Under the pieces are notes generated by a model. It had not been told where the DNA came from. It was given only the letters and a program-made list of their open reading frames with translations, and ran no database searches. A stretch of DNA of 64,000 nt from the human T2T-CHM13v2.0 reference genome, Homo sapiens, in the NCBI RefSeq assembly GCF_009914755.1, contig NC_060931.1, one strand, 5' to 3'. The position numbers and the translations under genes are program-made. Shown in pieces: positions 27,300 to 44,379 of the stretch (position 1 is its first letter; each line of letters starts with the position of its first letter).

Positions 27300-30200
27300 T
27301 TATTTCACACTGTTCAATACTGAAATAGGTGATTTGGTGGGAGAATCATTCTCCTTGTAGAATAGCATTTTTCCTAGATTGGCTACTGAAGGAGCCCTCC
27401 ACTGCTTAACCACTCTATTCAGCCTTGAGACGCCCACAAGCCTCTACCCCCACATGCCCACGTGCTCACAGGCTGATCTACCCTTCAGCTCCCATTTGAC
27501 CCCCGGTTCATTGGTCTATGAGTCTGACATCCACCGGACTCAGCAAAAGCTCCTTATAAAGTTCATCTAATTACAAGGCTAAAAGCAGATAAAGAACAAG
27601 AGTAAAGCCTTCAAGTAGTTGTTATTAACAGATTCTTATCTTCATCAATCCTTTCAGCTTTTATTTAAAATAGAATCCTTCTTTGGACCATAATCAAATG
27701 TGGTATATGCAAACATTTTCTACACAACTTTTCAAAAAGGCAAATATGTCTTTGTATATACAAAGTTATTACTTTGCTGAACACTCCATCAAAAATTTAT
27801 GCTAGCTCCCTTATACTATATTACATGTATGGGTTTCATTGTCCACATTTTACAGAAGGAGCAAGCAGGCAAATCCATTCCACTACAAATTATATACCAC
27901 CTGGTGCAAAAGGCTGGCAAGAATTATTTGAACTGTTATTGGCTTTGAGCTCTTATGGATGAGAGCTGATTAGAAGCGGAGCTGTGGACATTGAATCCCA
28001 AGTAGTAAGATGGCAGCAACATCTCTTGACAGATGAGATAATGATTCTGAACCATGTAAAACGGCACTGTATCCTGGGGTCTTTCTTTACCCCAACTTAA
28101 TTACTCTAATTATGAATGAAGGCCTGTACAAAATAGAGAAGCGAACTTCTTCCCTATACTAATGATAAGGTCAAGAGTCAAGAATGTTCTCAATAGATAG
28201 CTGGTTCTCATTAGATACAGAATTATTATTAGTAAAGATGGCTTTATATTAACTATTCTACAAGTAAAAATCTATCTTTATCAAATAACATTATGTTGTA
28301 ATTTATTTTCCCTAGCTACTGGGGAAGCATTTCAGTCATTTATGTTGTCTATCACCAGAAAGCCATAAAGCTCCAAACCAGACATTCCATGAGAAGACGA
28401 CTAAGGTCTTATGGCCACACTGAAAATGTGATGCACCTGCCTTGAAAATCTGCAAGGTCCAAATAATTTCACAGTGTTCAATGCTGCAGAGCTTTAGGTG
28501 ATAATTCAAGTATCTAAACAAATATGAAAACTTTGCTGAGAATATTTCAGATTTGTTTGTAGGCATCTCTGTAAGTCCTCTGTATGGATGACATTGTCTT
28601 CATCTAGGTAAAAGCTCCTAGTTTTAACATAATTCTCATTATCAACAGGATAGCACCTACAGTGTGTCAGGCACAGTTTAAAGCTTTATAGAGGGTGAAG
28701 TCAGCAAGATGGTAGAAGAAGAACTTCCCGGCTTCATTGCCCACCCACAGAAAATCCAACTAACAATTATCCACAGACAAGAACATCTTTGTGAAGACAC
28801 TAAAACTTGGGAATGAGAATGAAAACACCTACATGGAACACAGAACCATATAAAAACTGCATTAGAAGAGTAAGAGGCATGGTTTCACCTTGACCATATC
28901 ACTCCTCCCACTCCTCCAAGTCAGCACAGAGCCACAGGGGGGATTCTCCTAAGCCCACGTTTTCTACAGAGGAAAAGAGAACTGAAAGTAGAGATCTAGC
29001 TTCCCTAGCATTCTGAGTTGCTTTGAAGGAAGCCCATGACTGTCTTGCCTCAAAGGGAATACTGGAGTAACTGCAGGGCAAGATCCCCTGGTGTCAAACA
29101 AATCAAGAAGGTGGAGTTTGCAGTGACTGGTGTGCAGATCTGGGTGGTAGCTCTGTGTTGCTGCCAGCAGCGGCACCTGATCAGAGAGATCAGCTAATGA
29201 TCTACCCTACCTACAAAGCTGAGTCGGCTGCTCCCAGAAGCTGAACAAGAAGTTCAACCTGGCTTGAGTCCCTAGAAAACTAGCCTCTATGCCCAGCCTC
29301 AGAGCCCACCCCAAGGCCCTACCCAGGAAAAGAGATGCCCACCACAGTGCATTTTTTGAAGAGAACAGTGGCTAGACTTGCCCAAACCCTGAAATCCAAA
29401 CAGCAGCGCCAAACAGTGGCTCCACCTAGTGTCAGAGCCCATCCCATGGTCCAGCCCAGGCAAGGACTATGGAGCATAACCTCTGGACTTGTCTAGAACA
29501 GTGATCCATCTAAACCTAGAGCCCAGCCTGCCGACCTACCCAACTGCATAACCCAAATAGCAATACTCCCCAACAGGGAAATACACTTTGTGACGCTGCC
29601 AGATATTAGAAGCAATCACAGTTCCCAGCCAGCAGCTCCGCCTGATTGCAGTGGCCAGCCAGTAGTCTTGCTGGAAGGTGAAGCTCAGCCAGCAGCCGCA
29701 TCCAAACTCAGAGCAAAGGCAGAGACCCAGCCAACTAGAGAAACTGACAGCAAGCTCTGCCTCCCTGGGGTTGATATCAGCTGGCTCATCCAGAATCACA
29801 GGCTAAAGTAAATAATGAAGTTAAATCTATGCTAAAGAACACCTCTAAAGGATGGAAGAGGTGGCTGTCTCCTCAAATGCACAGACATCAATACAAGGAC
29901 ATGAAGATTATGAAGAACTAGCGGAATAGTGACACCACCAAAAGAAATTAATAAAGCTCTAATAATGGACCCTAAAGAGACGGTCATCTATGGAATGACC
30001 AACAAAAAATACACAACAATCCTCTTAAGGAAGTTCAGGAAACTACAAGAATATAAAAATAAAAAGTTAAATGAAATCTGGAACACAATATATGAACAAA
30101 ATGAGAAATCTGACAGAAAAACAGAAACTATAACAAAAACCAAATAGAAATCCTGGAAATGGAGACAACAACAACTGAACTGAAAAATTAAATAGCAAGT

Positions 30201-30693
30201 TTTAACTGTAGACTTGTACTAAAAATTCAACCCAAAGAGGAGTTCACCAAGACACATAATAAACTGTCAAAAATAAAAGACAAAAAAATTGAGAGCAGCA
30301 AGAAATAAGAAACTTGTTACATACAAAGAACTTGCAATATGGCTACTAGAGGATTCTCAGCAAAAACCCTGCAGGGCAGCATAAAATGAGATGATATATT
30401 TAAAGTGCTGCCAACCAAAAAAGCTATCCTTCAGAAATGAGAAAGAAATAAAAACTTTCCCAAGCAACAGCTAATGGAGTTCATCAGCAGTAGGCCTGCC
30501 TATTGAAATTGCTAAATGGAGTTCTCTAAGCTGATATAAAAGGCTGCTAATTTAATAAAATATATGAAAACACAAAAATCAATGCTATAAATAATATAGA
30601 GTCATACTCAGAAAAACCTAGAAGTGTAATAGTGGTCTGTAAAATAATTTTATCTCTAATACAAGGTTAAAAACTATTAAAATTAGAGCTCAA

Positions 30694-31005
30694 GGCCAGG
30701 CACAGTGACTCATGCCTATAATCCCAGTACTTTCAAAGGCTGAGGTGGGCGGATCACTTTGGGCCAGAAGTTCCAGACCAGCCTGGTCAACATGGCAAAA
30801 CCCTGTCTTTACCAAAAGTACAAAAATTAGCCAGGCATGGTGGTGTACACCTGTGGTCCCAGCTACTTAGGAGGCTGAATCATGAGAATCGCTTGAACGG
30901 GGAGGTGGTGGTTGTAGTGAGCCAAGATGGCACCAATGCACCCCAGCCTGGGTGATAGAGCGAGACTCTGTCTCAAAAAAAAAAAAAAGAAAAAAGAAAA
31001 CAAAA
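30694..31005 (+). mobile_element. Alu (AluJ/S-like) nested in L1
   Basis: Alu consensus with A-tail. Confidence 0.93.
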
Positions 31006-31439
31006 GTATAGCCCAAATTAGGGATACAAATTACAAAATGATGTATATTTTGACATCAAAATATTAAAATGTGTAGGGAAGGGGAATAAAAATGTAGAGT
31101 TGTTGTATGTTATCAAAATTCAGTGTTATCAGCTTGAAATACCCTGTTATGAGTATATGGTTTTTGGAAGCCTCATGGTAAGTACAAAACAACAATCTAG
31201 AGTAGAGGCACAAAACATACATAGAAAGAATTCAAAGCATACCACTACAGAAAACAATCAGACCACAAAGGAGGACAGCAAGAGAGGAACAAGGAAACAA
31301 AGCATCCACAAAACAATCAGAGAACAAACTACAAACTAGTATTATTGAGTCCTTACCTATCAATAATTATTTTAAGAGCAATAAAATCTCCATTTGTAAA
31401 AGAAAAAATGGCTGAATGTATAAAAAATAAGACCCAGCT

Positions 31440-31741
<302 letters not shown>

Positions 31742-31780
31742 CCCAGCTATGTGCTGCCTACAAAAGAGTCAACTCACTTC

Positions 31781-32062
31781 TTTTTTTTTTTTGAGACGGA
31801 GTCTTGCTTTGTAGCCCAGGCTGGAATGCCTTGGTTCACTGCAAGCTCTGCCTCCTGGGTTCACGCCATTCCCCTGCCTCAGCCTACGGAGTAGCTGGGA
31901 CTAGAGGCGCCTGCCACCACACCTGGCTAATTTTTTATATTTTTAGTAGAGATGGGGTTTCACCGTGTTAGCCAGGATGGTCTCGATCTCCTGACCTTGT
32001 GATCCACCCACCTCGGCCTCCCAAAGTGCTGGGATTACAGGCATGAGCCACTGCGCCTGGCC
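31781..32062 (-). mobile_element. AluY nested in L1
   Basis: Antisense AluY; TSD tcaactca(c/t)ttct. Confidence 0.95.
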
Positions 32063-35000
32063 CGAGACTCAACTCATTTCTAAGGACACAAAGAATAAAA
32101 GTGAAAGTATGAAGAAAGATATTCCATGCAAATGGAAACTGAGAGAGGCAGGACTAGCTATCCCTTTATCAGACAAAATAGACTTAAGCTCAAAGCAATA
32201 AAAAAAGGCAAAGAAAGTCATCATGATAAAGGTGTCAATTCATCAAGAGGATATAACAACTGTAAATATATCTGTACCCAACATCAGAGCACCTAAATAT
32301 GTAAAGCAAATATTAAATAATTTAAAGACAGAAATAACTTACAATGCAGTAATTGTAGGGGACTTCAATACCTCACTTTCAACAACGGCAGATCATCCAG
32401 ATAGAAAGTTAATAAGGAAACAATGAACTTGAACTACATTTTAGACCAAATGGACCCAACAGACATATACAGCATATTCTATCCAACAGCAAGGGAACAG
32501 ACGTCTTCTCAAGTGCACACGTATCTTGCTTCAGGATATGTCATATGTTAGGTCGCAAACCAAGTTTGAACAAATTTAGGAGAAATGAAATCATATCAAG
32601 TATCTTTTCTAATCAGAATGGTATGAAACTAGACATCAATAATAGGAAAAATCTTTGAAATGCCACAAATATGTGGAAATTAAACAACATGCCCCTCAAC
32701 AACCAATGGGTCAAAGGAGAAAACAAAAGAGAAATCAAAAAACATCTTGGAACAAATGAAAATGGAAATGCAATATACCAAAACGTATGGGATACAGCAA
32801 AAGCAGTTCTAAGAAGGAAATTTATAGCAACAAATACTTAAATAAAAATAAACATCTCAAATAAAGAACCTACTCAAGAAACTACAAGAGAAGAACAAAT
32901 TTAAGCCCAAAGTTAGCAGAAGGAAAACAATTCAAAGATCAGAGCAGAAATAAATACAGACTAGAAAACCAGGGGAAAAAATCAACAAAACAAAGAGTTT
33001 TTTGAAAAGTTAAACAAGATTGACAAACCCTTAACTAGACTAAAAAAGAAAAAGAGAAGACTTAAATCAAATTGGAAATGAAAGAGAAGATATTACAACT
33101 GGTACCACTGAAATACAAAGGATAATGAGCGATTACTATGACAAATCATATGGCCACAAATCCAGTAAACTAGAAAAAAATGGATAAAATTCCTAGACAC
33201 ATATAATCTACTAACACTGAATCAAGAAGAAATAGAAAACAGAAATAGAACAAACAGAGAATCTGAGCAGACCAATAATGAGTAAAGAGATTGGATCCAT
33301 AATAAAAAGTCTCCAATCAAAGAAAAGCCCAGGACCTGATGGCTCCACAGGTGAATTCTATAAAAGGTTTAAAGAAGAGCTAATACCAATCCTTCTCAAA
33401 CTTGTCCAAAAAAATCAAAAAGGAAGGAATACTTCCAAGCTAGTTTTAGGAGGCCCTGATACTAAAGCCACAAAATGACATAGAAGAAACTTACAGGGCA
33501 ATATCCTTGATGAACATAGATATGAAGATACAAAATCCTCAACAAACTACTAACAAATCCAATTCTACGGCACATTAAGAGGATTATTCACAATGATCAA
33601 ATGAGATTTCTCCCTGGGAGAAATGCAAGGATGTGTCAACATATATACATCAATAAATGTGATGCATCGTATCAGCAGAACAAAAGACAAAAACCATATG
33701 ATCATTTTATTAGATGCGGAAAAAGCATTTGACAAAATTCAACACCCTTTTATAATAAAAACTCTCAACAAATTAACGGCCACATACGATAAGCCTACAG
33801 CTAACATTATACTCAATGGTGAAAAGTTGAAAGCTTTTCCTCTAAGATCAGGAACAAGACAAAGATGTCCACTGTCAGCAAGCACTTTTATTCATAATCC
33901 TACTGGAGGTCTTTGTCAGAGCAATTAGGCAAGAGAAAGAAAGAAAAGGCACTCAAATAGAAAAGAAAGACATGAAATATTACCTGCTTGCATATGACAT
34001 TATCTTACATATCCAAAACCAAAAAGATACCACCAAAAGACAGAACTAATAAAGGAATAAGGTCCCAGGATACAAAATTAAGACAAATCTAATCAATAAC
34101 AATGAATGATCTGAAAAGGAAATCAAGAAAATACCTACATATAATAGCTACAAGAATGTAAAATACTTAGGAATAAATGTACTTAGGAATAAATTTAACC
34201 ATGGAAGTGAAAGATTTGTACACTAAAAACCGTAAAACATTGATGAAATAAATTGACAAAAAAATAAATGGAAAGCTATTCTGTGTTCACGGACTTGAAG
34301 AATTAATATTGTTAAAATGTCCATACTATCCAAACCAATCTTCAGATTCAATGCAATCCCTATGAAAATTCCAATGTCTTTTTCCCCAGAAATAGAAAAC
34401 ATAATCCTAAAATTCATATGGAACCATAAAAATCCCTGATTAGCTAAGGCAATCATAAGTAAAAATAACAAAGCTGGAGGTATCACTACCTAATTTTAAA
34501 CTATATTACAGAGCTATATAGTAATTAGAATAGCATGGTACTGGCATATAAATAGAAACACTAAGAAATAGAACAGAACATAGAGCCCATAAATGAACCC
34601 ACACATTTACAGTCAATTGATTTTCAACAAAGGTGCCAAGAAAACACAATGGGAAAAGGACAGCCTCTCCAATAAAGGGTGTTGGGACAACTGGATATCC
34701 ATCTAAAGAAGAATAATTTGGACCCTTAGGTCATACCATATAAAAAATCAATTCAAAAACGGATAAAAGTCAAGGTGTGGTCTTGAAAGGACTTGAAACT
34801 GTAAAAAAAACTAGAAGAAAGAAAACATAGGGGGAAACTTCCATGACACTGGTCTGGGAGGTAACTTTTTGGATTTGATCCCAAAAGCTGAGACAATAAA
34901 AGAAAAAATAGACAAATGGGATTACATTAAAGTAAAAAGCTTCTGCACAGCAAAAGAAATAATGAGAATAAAAAGACAACTAATAGATTAGAAGAAAGCC

Positions 35001-36001
35001 ATACATCTGATAAGAAGCTAACATTCAAAATCTATACGGAACACAAAAATGGCAAGAAAACTACCCAATTTAAAAATGTGCAAAAAACCTGAATAGATGT
35101 TTCTCAAAAAAAGTCATATAAATGACCAACAGATATATGAAAAAATGCTCAACATCACTAATCATAAGGAAAATGCAAATTAAAACCACAATGAGATATC
35201 ACCTCATGCCTGTCAGAATGACTATTATTTAAAAAAATGAAAGATTGTGGTGAGAGTGTGGGGGAAAAGGGAACCCTTGTACACTGTTGGTGGGAATGTA
35301 AATTAATACAACCATTTTGGAAAACTGTATGGCAGTTCCTCAAAAAACTAAAAATAGAATTACAATATGACTTAGCAACCCCACTTGAGTACATATCCTA
35401 AAGACTTGAAATTGGCATGTTGAACAGATAGCGCACTTCATGCTCAATGCAGCATTATTTACGATAGCCAAGTTATGGAATCAATCTAAGTGTCTATCAA
35501 TGGATGAGTAGATAAAGAAAATATGACATATATACAAAATAGAGTACTATTCAGCCTTCAAAAAGAAGCAAATCCTGTCATTCGACAACACGGATGAGCC
35601 TGGAGGACATTACGTTAAGCTAAATAAACCAGACACAGAAACACAAATACCACATGGTCTCACTTATTTGTGGGATCTTAAACAATAGAACTCATAGAGG
35701 CAGAGAACAGAATGGTAGTTACCAGAGGCTAAGGGGGGAGGAAATGGGGAGGTTTTAGTTAAAGGGTACAAAGTTACAGTTAGACAGGAGGAAGATGGTT
35801 TTTGAAATCTATTGCACAACATGACGACTATAGTTGGTAGGAATGCATAGTACATTTCAAAATTGCTAATAGAATAAATTTCAAATGTTCTTATCATTAA
35901 AAATGCTAAGTGTTTGAGGTGATGTTTTAGTTTGAATTAATCATCCCACACGGTACACATATAATATCACTTTGTACCCCATAAGTGTATACAATAAACA
36001 A

Positions 36002-36175
36002 ATATATGTTAACTCATTTATTCTTCTAAAAATCCTATGAGTTAGGTACTATTACATCCCCATTTTACAGATGGGTAAACAGAGGCATAGAGAAATCCAG
36101 TAAAAGCTAGAAGTGGCAAAGCAAGGATTCAAACCCAGACAGCCTGGCTCTTAATTCTGCAATGCAGCCTCTTTT
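36002..36175. mobile_element. MIR (continuation of the fragment at ~28645-28690)
   Basis: aactcattta...cctatgagttaggtactatt...cattttacagatgggtaaacagaggc. Confidence 0.75.
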
Positions 36176-36867
36176 AGAATATCAGCTGTAGCAACTACTC
36201 ATCCTATTTCTAGAACAGCTATGCTGATTCACAGAATCAGTATATACAGAAACAAAGACCTCTAGAGAAAGCACAATTTTGAACTGTCAACAACTTGTAC
36301 AGAAAAACCTATCTGAGAAAACTAATGTGTACAGGATCATCATTTGAAGGTCACACAATTATCACCTCTCTGGGTACTCCAAATTCTATCTTTGGGTCAA
36401 AATGGACCTCTAGTCACTTAGCTACTTGAAGCATATAATCACAATCTCTTTCGGAATTATTTTCACATGGTGTGACCTTAAGTTCCTCTGGGGTAATGGG
36501 TGGTGTTGTCTTAAAGGCCTCTGGAAACTGACTCTGGGTTGGAATGATGACGAGGCTATGCCTCAGCTCTGCTCTCCATAGACTGGTTACTATTTGTCCC
36601 CAACAGAAAAAGCTAAAATATCTTGCAGCCCTATGGTCCCTGGATGCTGAGCAACTGACATTCCCAGACAGCTCCCTAAACTCCAAATCCAGCCCATGAT
36701 TCTAACCTGCTCATTGTGACGAGGCTGCTCTCGTGTTTGAGCTATTGCAGGGAAAAAGTGTAATAAGAAGTCCCTCCACCGGGTCACAAGTTCATATTGT
36801 AGGTCTGGTGTGCCCAGGCCCTGAAAGGGGACTTTGAGGGATGCAAAGGATAGCGGGACTCATGCCT

Positions 36868-37169
<302 letters not shown>

Positions 37170-37536
37170 TTCATGCCCTCACTTCTGTCCTGCTGTCCCT
37201 GGTTGTCGTGTTCAGCAGTACATTGGTCCTGTGAGTTTTCCCTTTCTCCATTAGAGCCCATTCTTTGCTCATGCCATGTGATAGAGTAGGGTTCATCTTG
37301 AACCCTAGTTTACGATGTGAGAAGACCCCAGGGGTGGGGGTGGGGTTCAGCCCTATATGACAGTCCTTGATTGTTAACGAACAGCAGCCATATGGAATCC
37401 TATACTACCTCTACAACAGGAAGGTGATCAAGAATTTTGGTCCTCCCATCTCTTAGTACTTCCCGTATGAAGCTCTCTGTATAAAAGTCCTTATAAGTAC
37501 TTTAGAATTAAGTGCCAAGAAATGCTTAACTTTCTT

Positions 37537-37853
<317 letters not shown>

Positions 37854-38194
37854 TTAGGAATTGATACATTTTCTTCCTTCTGATAATGAGAATCAGATAG
37901 CTGATTCTGTTTCTCTCTTATCTTTGGCTTCATGAAGTTTAAAGCCAAGTTTGAAACTTATCTATAGCAATTTAAGTTAGTTTTATGGTTCGAATATTTA
38001 CATTTTTCTTTTTTTCTTCCAATATATTCTTGACGCAAACTGTAAATGATACAAGGAAGGAAAGAAGGGCAGAAGGGGAAGGACAAGGACGGAGACAGAC
38101 GAGGAGAGGGAAACAACCTGAACAGTACATGCGCATAACAGCATGTCTAGCAGCCCAGCCCACACAGAGGTTTCTGGCTGAGATGCCTGTCTAA

Positions 38195-38556
<362 letters not shown>

Positions 38557-41500
38557 CTCACCTGTCCCTTTTAACAGGACTGTCAAAAAATCCATGAAAA
38601 GCAAAACTAGATTTGACTCTGTATTGTGCATCACTGTCATAATTACCTGTAAACATCAAACAGACATTTTGTTTTGGGTGCTTGTTTTAAGAAGCTGAAA
38701 GAACATAGCTTGAGCACTCCCTTCTCCCTGATTCCAGGTGGAATTTTAAACACTAGCAAGTTAAAAAATAAATAACCATCTAAAGTGCTTTATGAAACAA
38801 AAAGAAATAAGGTGTTATAAAATGCAGATACACCAAATGCCACAATATCATTCTTAGAGCATAATATTCTAAATATAGCAGCACTTTCAAGGGTGAACTT
38901 TACAGGCAGAAGGTAGTGTCAATTTGTCAACTATTAGGTCTCATTAAAAAAAAACTGCATTTCTACTCAGCAAGATTCACATTTAAACGATTCATAGCTA
39001 TGCAGCTGTCAGTCTTCTGACAGCTTGTTAAGGCCAATCATGAAGTAAAGTAAGGCAAAAATCCTGCTGCTCCTGTGTCCACATCTAACATCAGTGGTAT
39101 CCTGAGACAGATATAGGCATCATTCTCTTCCATGCCACTTGCCATCACCCCATCTTGACCTCCTCTTGCTGAAGGGCCTGGGAAGGCAGCAAGACCACTA
39201 AGTATGCGTACTGAGGTCTGGAAGCAGCACAGAAATGAAAGAGTGGGAGAAGGAACATGATTCCCTTTGTGGGGCAGGGCACAGGTGGCCATGCTCTCTG
39301 CACAGGACACAATGAGGGCCTCTGAGAGAGAAGAGAAAGTGTTGGAGGCCTGTAGAAGGTGAGCATTTCTATGGAGATTCTTTAGGGAGGCCTAGTTTGT
39401 GGCACGAGGGGCCATGTGGGTCCCAGGAGAGAATGAAGCAGGAGGCTGATTTGGGTTCAAAGTAGAGAGGTTAAAAATGTCCCTGTCTCAGTCTAGATTG
39501 TCTATACCAGCAGACCAGGTAGGAAAGGAGGCAGGGATTTGGGCTGACATTCTCTAAGAATAAAAGCATACATTTGGCTGAGTGTTCCTTGTGTACTGTC
39601 TGGGAGCCTGAATGCAACAGAAGACAGTGAGATGAGGCATTTCAGCAGCAGGAGGTGGCCACTAAAGTGGGGAGTTTAGATTCTCTTTAAAATTTTCTGA
39701 TTTTCCTGGATGATACACGTAAGCATTCAAATCCTGTTCCGGGACCATTCAGATAGAAAACAAACAGAAACTTCTGGAATAAGATGTGGGGTATGGTGGT
39801 TACAAGCACAGGCTTTGGAATCAGGCAGCCTGGGTCTAAAATGTGACTCCCAGATTCTCCCACTTTGCTGCTGTGGGTTTTAATTGCCTCATGGGGATCA
39901 TACCTAACTTTTAAGTGCTGTGAGGGCTAAATGAGGAAGTATCAGTAAAACACTCAGCACAGGCTTGGTATAAAATAAATAACCAAATAATAGTTGTCAG
40001 AAATTATAAAAATGATGATAAACTAAATATTCAACTCTTCATGTTTACCTGGGTGCGCTTAGCACTGCCAAAGTTGTAGCAAAGAGCAACAAAACAACTA
40101 AGTCCAAGATGGTGGTTGCCTTCTGGCTGTAACACTGAAATCTGAAACTTAGAATTAAGAATCCCGAAACCTCAGAGAAACCGTTATTTCAAGGGATGGG
40201 TTAAGGGCTCCAGATCCACAAGCGGAAAGAAAAGACAGAATGCATCTGGAGGGTCTTAGTGTTAAAGGTGCTAAAAATGGAAGCTGCAGAGACGGCCTTC
40301 TTTCAGTTCTATAAACATTCAGGCACAGAGGTTTGGAATTTCAATCAACAGAGGATCATAAATACAAACTGTAGACCTAGAAAACCCTCATTACTCCTAT
40401 AATTAAAAACAATTGACAGGAACACTACATTCTAGTTATTGACAGTTTTCTTCTTCCACTGCTCCTCATGCTAAAAGATCCATCAGAACACAGCCCCTAT
40501 CTCCTGACAGCTTTCACTGCCCTTTCATTAAGCCTAGCTGGAAATGAGCTTCCAGCCGAGAAGACTGTGGACATCATCAGGGACAAGCTGTCCCTTCAGG
40601 AGCAAAGGTGGTGAGGCCTGCCTGAAGGCAGGGTCTGTGCCCCTGAGCTGGTGAAGAGCATTTGCTCCCTTTTCTGCCCTTTGCCTCACAAAGATCTATA
40701 CTGACAATGTCAAGGGTCACAGCTTTGTGGCCTCTGGCCAGGAGAAGCTGAGGTAACAACCTCACAAACACTACTTAGGGAATAATGCCATGCTGCAGAG
40801 AGGTGGACAAAGACGGGGTCTCTATAGCTCTGACACGTGGGTCTTGTGTAGAAATACAAATCACCCAGGGGCAAATCACTAATGTCAAAAGCTTTCAGAG
40901 GCAGCATTCTCTACTGAGTATGAAAAGATTCCCGCTGCCTGAGAAACTATAATGTAGACAGTAAAATGTAAATATATGCAAGAAGCTTGCTGGCTTACAT
41001 AAATAGTCCACTAATATCACCATCAAGAAGAAAGTGCCCCCTGGCAGATGGCTGCATGATGGGGGAAGGGAGCACCTACTAAGGCCTGTGTGTGTGTATG
41101 TATGAGGGCGTGTGCATGTGTGTACATGCTGGGTGTGGTCTGGACTCAAACTCCAGCTGGCACTGTCATCTTCCATTATGAAGGGACCCCTGAACTGAGC
41201 CCATTGCCCTCCCCTGCAGCCACTGCCCCTAATTGGAACTGAGGCCCTCTGTGGCTATTGCAACCTACTGGCTTTTGGCTGTTTGGCTGCCTGTTTTTCT
41301 TGTCAACTCACGCCTGCTCTTTATTGGGTAATGTTTTAGTACATTTTTTTATTACTTTTTAGCTCCATGGTTATTTTCAAATGGGAAAAACAATGCAAGA
41401 GAGATTTAAAAATAGTATTTGACTTTTCTGACTATAAAAATAAAATAAGGCAGAAAATTTAAAAAAAATAAAAACCCTAAAAAAAACCCCAAGTGACAAT

Positions 41501-41569
41501 CTTAGTCAAAGATATTTTCATGTTTTTCCTTTTTGTCTTTTATTCTCCATTCAAACAAATACTTTTATT

Positions 41570-42149
<580 letters not shown>

Positions 42150-43747
42150 TTAGTCACCTGTTTTACCTAGTGATGCACTAGGGAGTATTTTTCATTTTAC
42201 CAGATATTAACTAATAATATTACTGTTAATGTCTGCATATATTTGATCCTATGAATTTAGCATATTTTATTCAGGCAATCTCCTACTGACTACCATTCAA
42301 CTGGTTTTGGTTTGATTGAGAGTCTTTGGTGAGGAGACCCATGAACAAGTGCCAAGGTCTAACTTGGATGATGCCTATTCTTTGTCACAGCCCACAGCAC
42401 AGATGGAAGAAGTGCACATATTAATAAGAGTAAGCTTTTCACTGCAACTGCTCAGGACTCATTTTAAAGAAGAGACAGATCTCTAACAAGATTTTGCAGG
42501 TAGGTAAAACAGAGGGCCTATAATTAGGTTATTAGAATAACGATGGCTCTGTACTGATTTACTCCTCTCTAGGAAGGAATTTGGTAGGACCCGCCACATG
42601 GGTAAGCTTTCTCAAGTCAATTCTCTTTACATGACAACTGCAAAGAAGCTGGCAGGGCCAGGGCTTTCCCAACAATGGTGCGGGGCAGAGGCCGCAGCAC
42701 ATGCTCACATCTCTCTTCTTCTCATCTGATAGGACTGAAAACATTCTTTGTAGACCAGGGCTGGATTTGAACCCCTTAATATATTATACTTCTGTTTTAT
42801 TTCTTGATCCAGTTAATCCTAATCCTACGCTTTTTATAAAATAGTTGTATCAGTCCCATCAAACAACTGAGAAAGCACTAGGATTAATTCAGTAGATTTC
42901 TGTAGATTCAATATAAATATAGAAATATAATGGTATATAGAAAAATACCTCTGTTGGAATTTTTCAATTAACTCAAGCTATGAAGGATACTCCATAGGCA
43001 AGAAACAATTATTCTTATGTGCCTGAGGCCTTGGGAGCTAAGACGTCATCTGCAGGAGGAACCTCAGAGATACCAGAATCCCAAGAGAAAAGGGTATAAA
43101 TCTTCACAGTTTGTGGAAAGGAAAAAACTTGGCTCCCTGTCACTAGAGCAACTAAAGTTCAAGAGTTAAGGGCCTCGTGAGAAATCTGAGAAATGGCTGG
43201 ATGCAGGCCATGAGTGGGTCATTAAACTAATTTAGTGGGTTAAAATAATCAAATGAAATAGAAATGTTAGAGGTTATCACATGAAGTAAGGGTACTTACT
43301 ATTTCATGAACCATACATATGGGTGTCCATGTATATGTATATAGATTTGAGTGTGTTCATGTGTTTGCATACAAGTATATGCCAAATATCAATAGAAAGT
43401 ATCTTTTACTGTGGGTCATGGTCAAAAGTTTGAAAACTGTTACGCCATAAGAAGCTAGATATAAAAAAAAAAGTAGAACTATTAAAATTATACATTGATC
43501 AAGCGATTCTTGATTCTATAAATAGGTATTAGAAGGTGTCACCCAAACTTTAAATGTTCCTTTAGAGATTCTTTCTCTCATGTGAGAATTGGAAAGGGTT
43601 GGCAGAAAATTTCCATCTTAAATGGCTTAAAATAGATGTCTTAAGTGAAACTTATCCTCAGACCTTGTATCTCCATACTATGACACAACTTTAAGAGTGC
43701 TTACATGAAGGTCATCCTGCCTCAGCAAACAGGAAACTTAGCACTAT

Positions 43748-43978
43748 TTTTTTTTGGGGCGGGGGGTGTGGGTGGTGGGCGGTAAAGGGTCTCAGTCTGT
43801 CACCAAGGCTGCAGTGCAGTGGCACAATCTCGACTCACTGTAACCTCCAGCTCCCGGGTTAAAGTGATTCTCCCACCTCAGCCTTCCAAGTAGCTGGGAC
43901 TACAGATGTGTGCTGCCATGCCTGGCTAATTTTTGTACTTTTTGGTAGAGATGGGGTTTCACCATGTTGGCCAGGCTG
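43748..43978 (-). mobile_element. Alu, partial
   Basis: Antisense Alu with a G-rich insert in the tail. Confidence 0.9.
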
Positions 43979-44082
43979 AATTAGCATTATTTTATACATG
44001 CACGTGCAATAATGCAATAAACAACTAAACATGGGACTGGGGCTATAAAAAATAATAGCCTAGGCCAGGTGTGGTGGCTTAC

Positions 44083-44379
44083 ACCTGCCATACTTGTAAT
44101 CCCAGCAGTCTGGGGGGCTGAGGCGGGCAGATAGCTTGAGCTCAGAAATTCAAGACCAGGCTGGGCAACATGGTGAAACTTTGTTTCTACAAAAAAATAT
44201 AAAAATTAGCTGGGCATGGTGGCACACACCTGTAGTCCCAGTTACTCAGGAGGCTGAGGCGGGAGGATCACTTGGGCATGCAAGGTGGAGGTTGCAGTAA
44301 GCTGAGATGGAGATCGCACCACTGCACTCTAACCTGGGTGACAGAGTGACACCCGGTCTCAAAAAAAAAAAAAAAAAAA
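44083..44379 (+). mobile_element. Alu (AluJ-like)
   Basis: Alu consensus with A-tail. Confidence 0.93.

Noticed and set aside
32223-35400. Endonuclease/reverse-transcriptase-like peptides
   Set aside because: Fragmented L1 ORF2 with many stops and frameshifts; not an active element or a new RT system.
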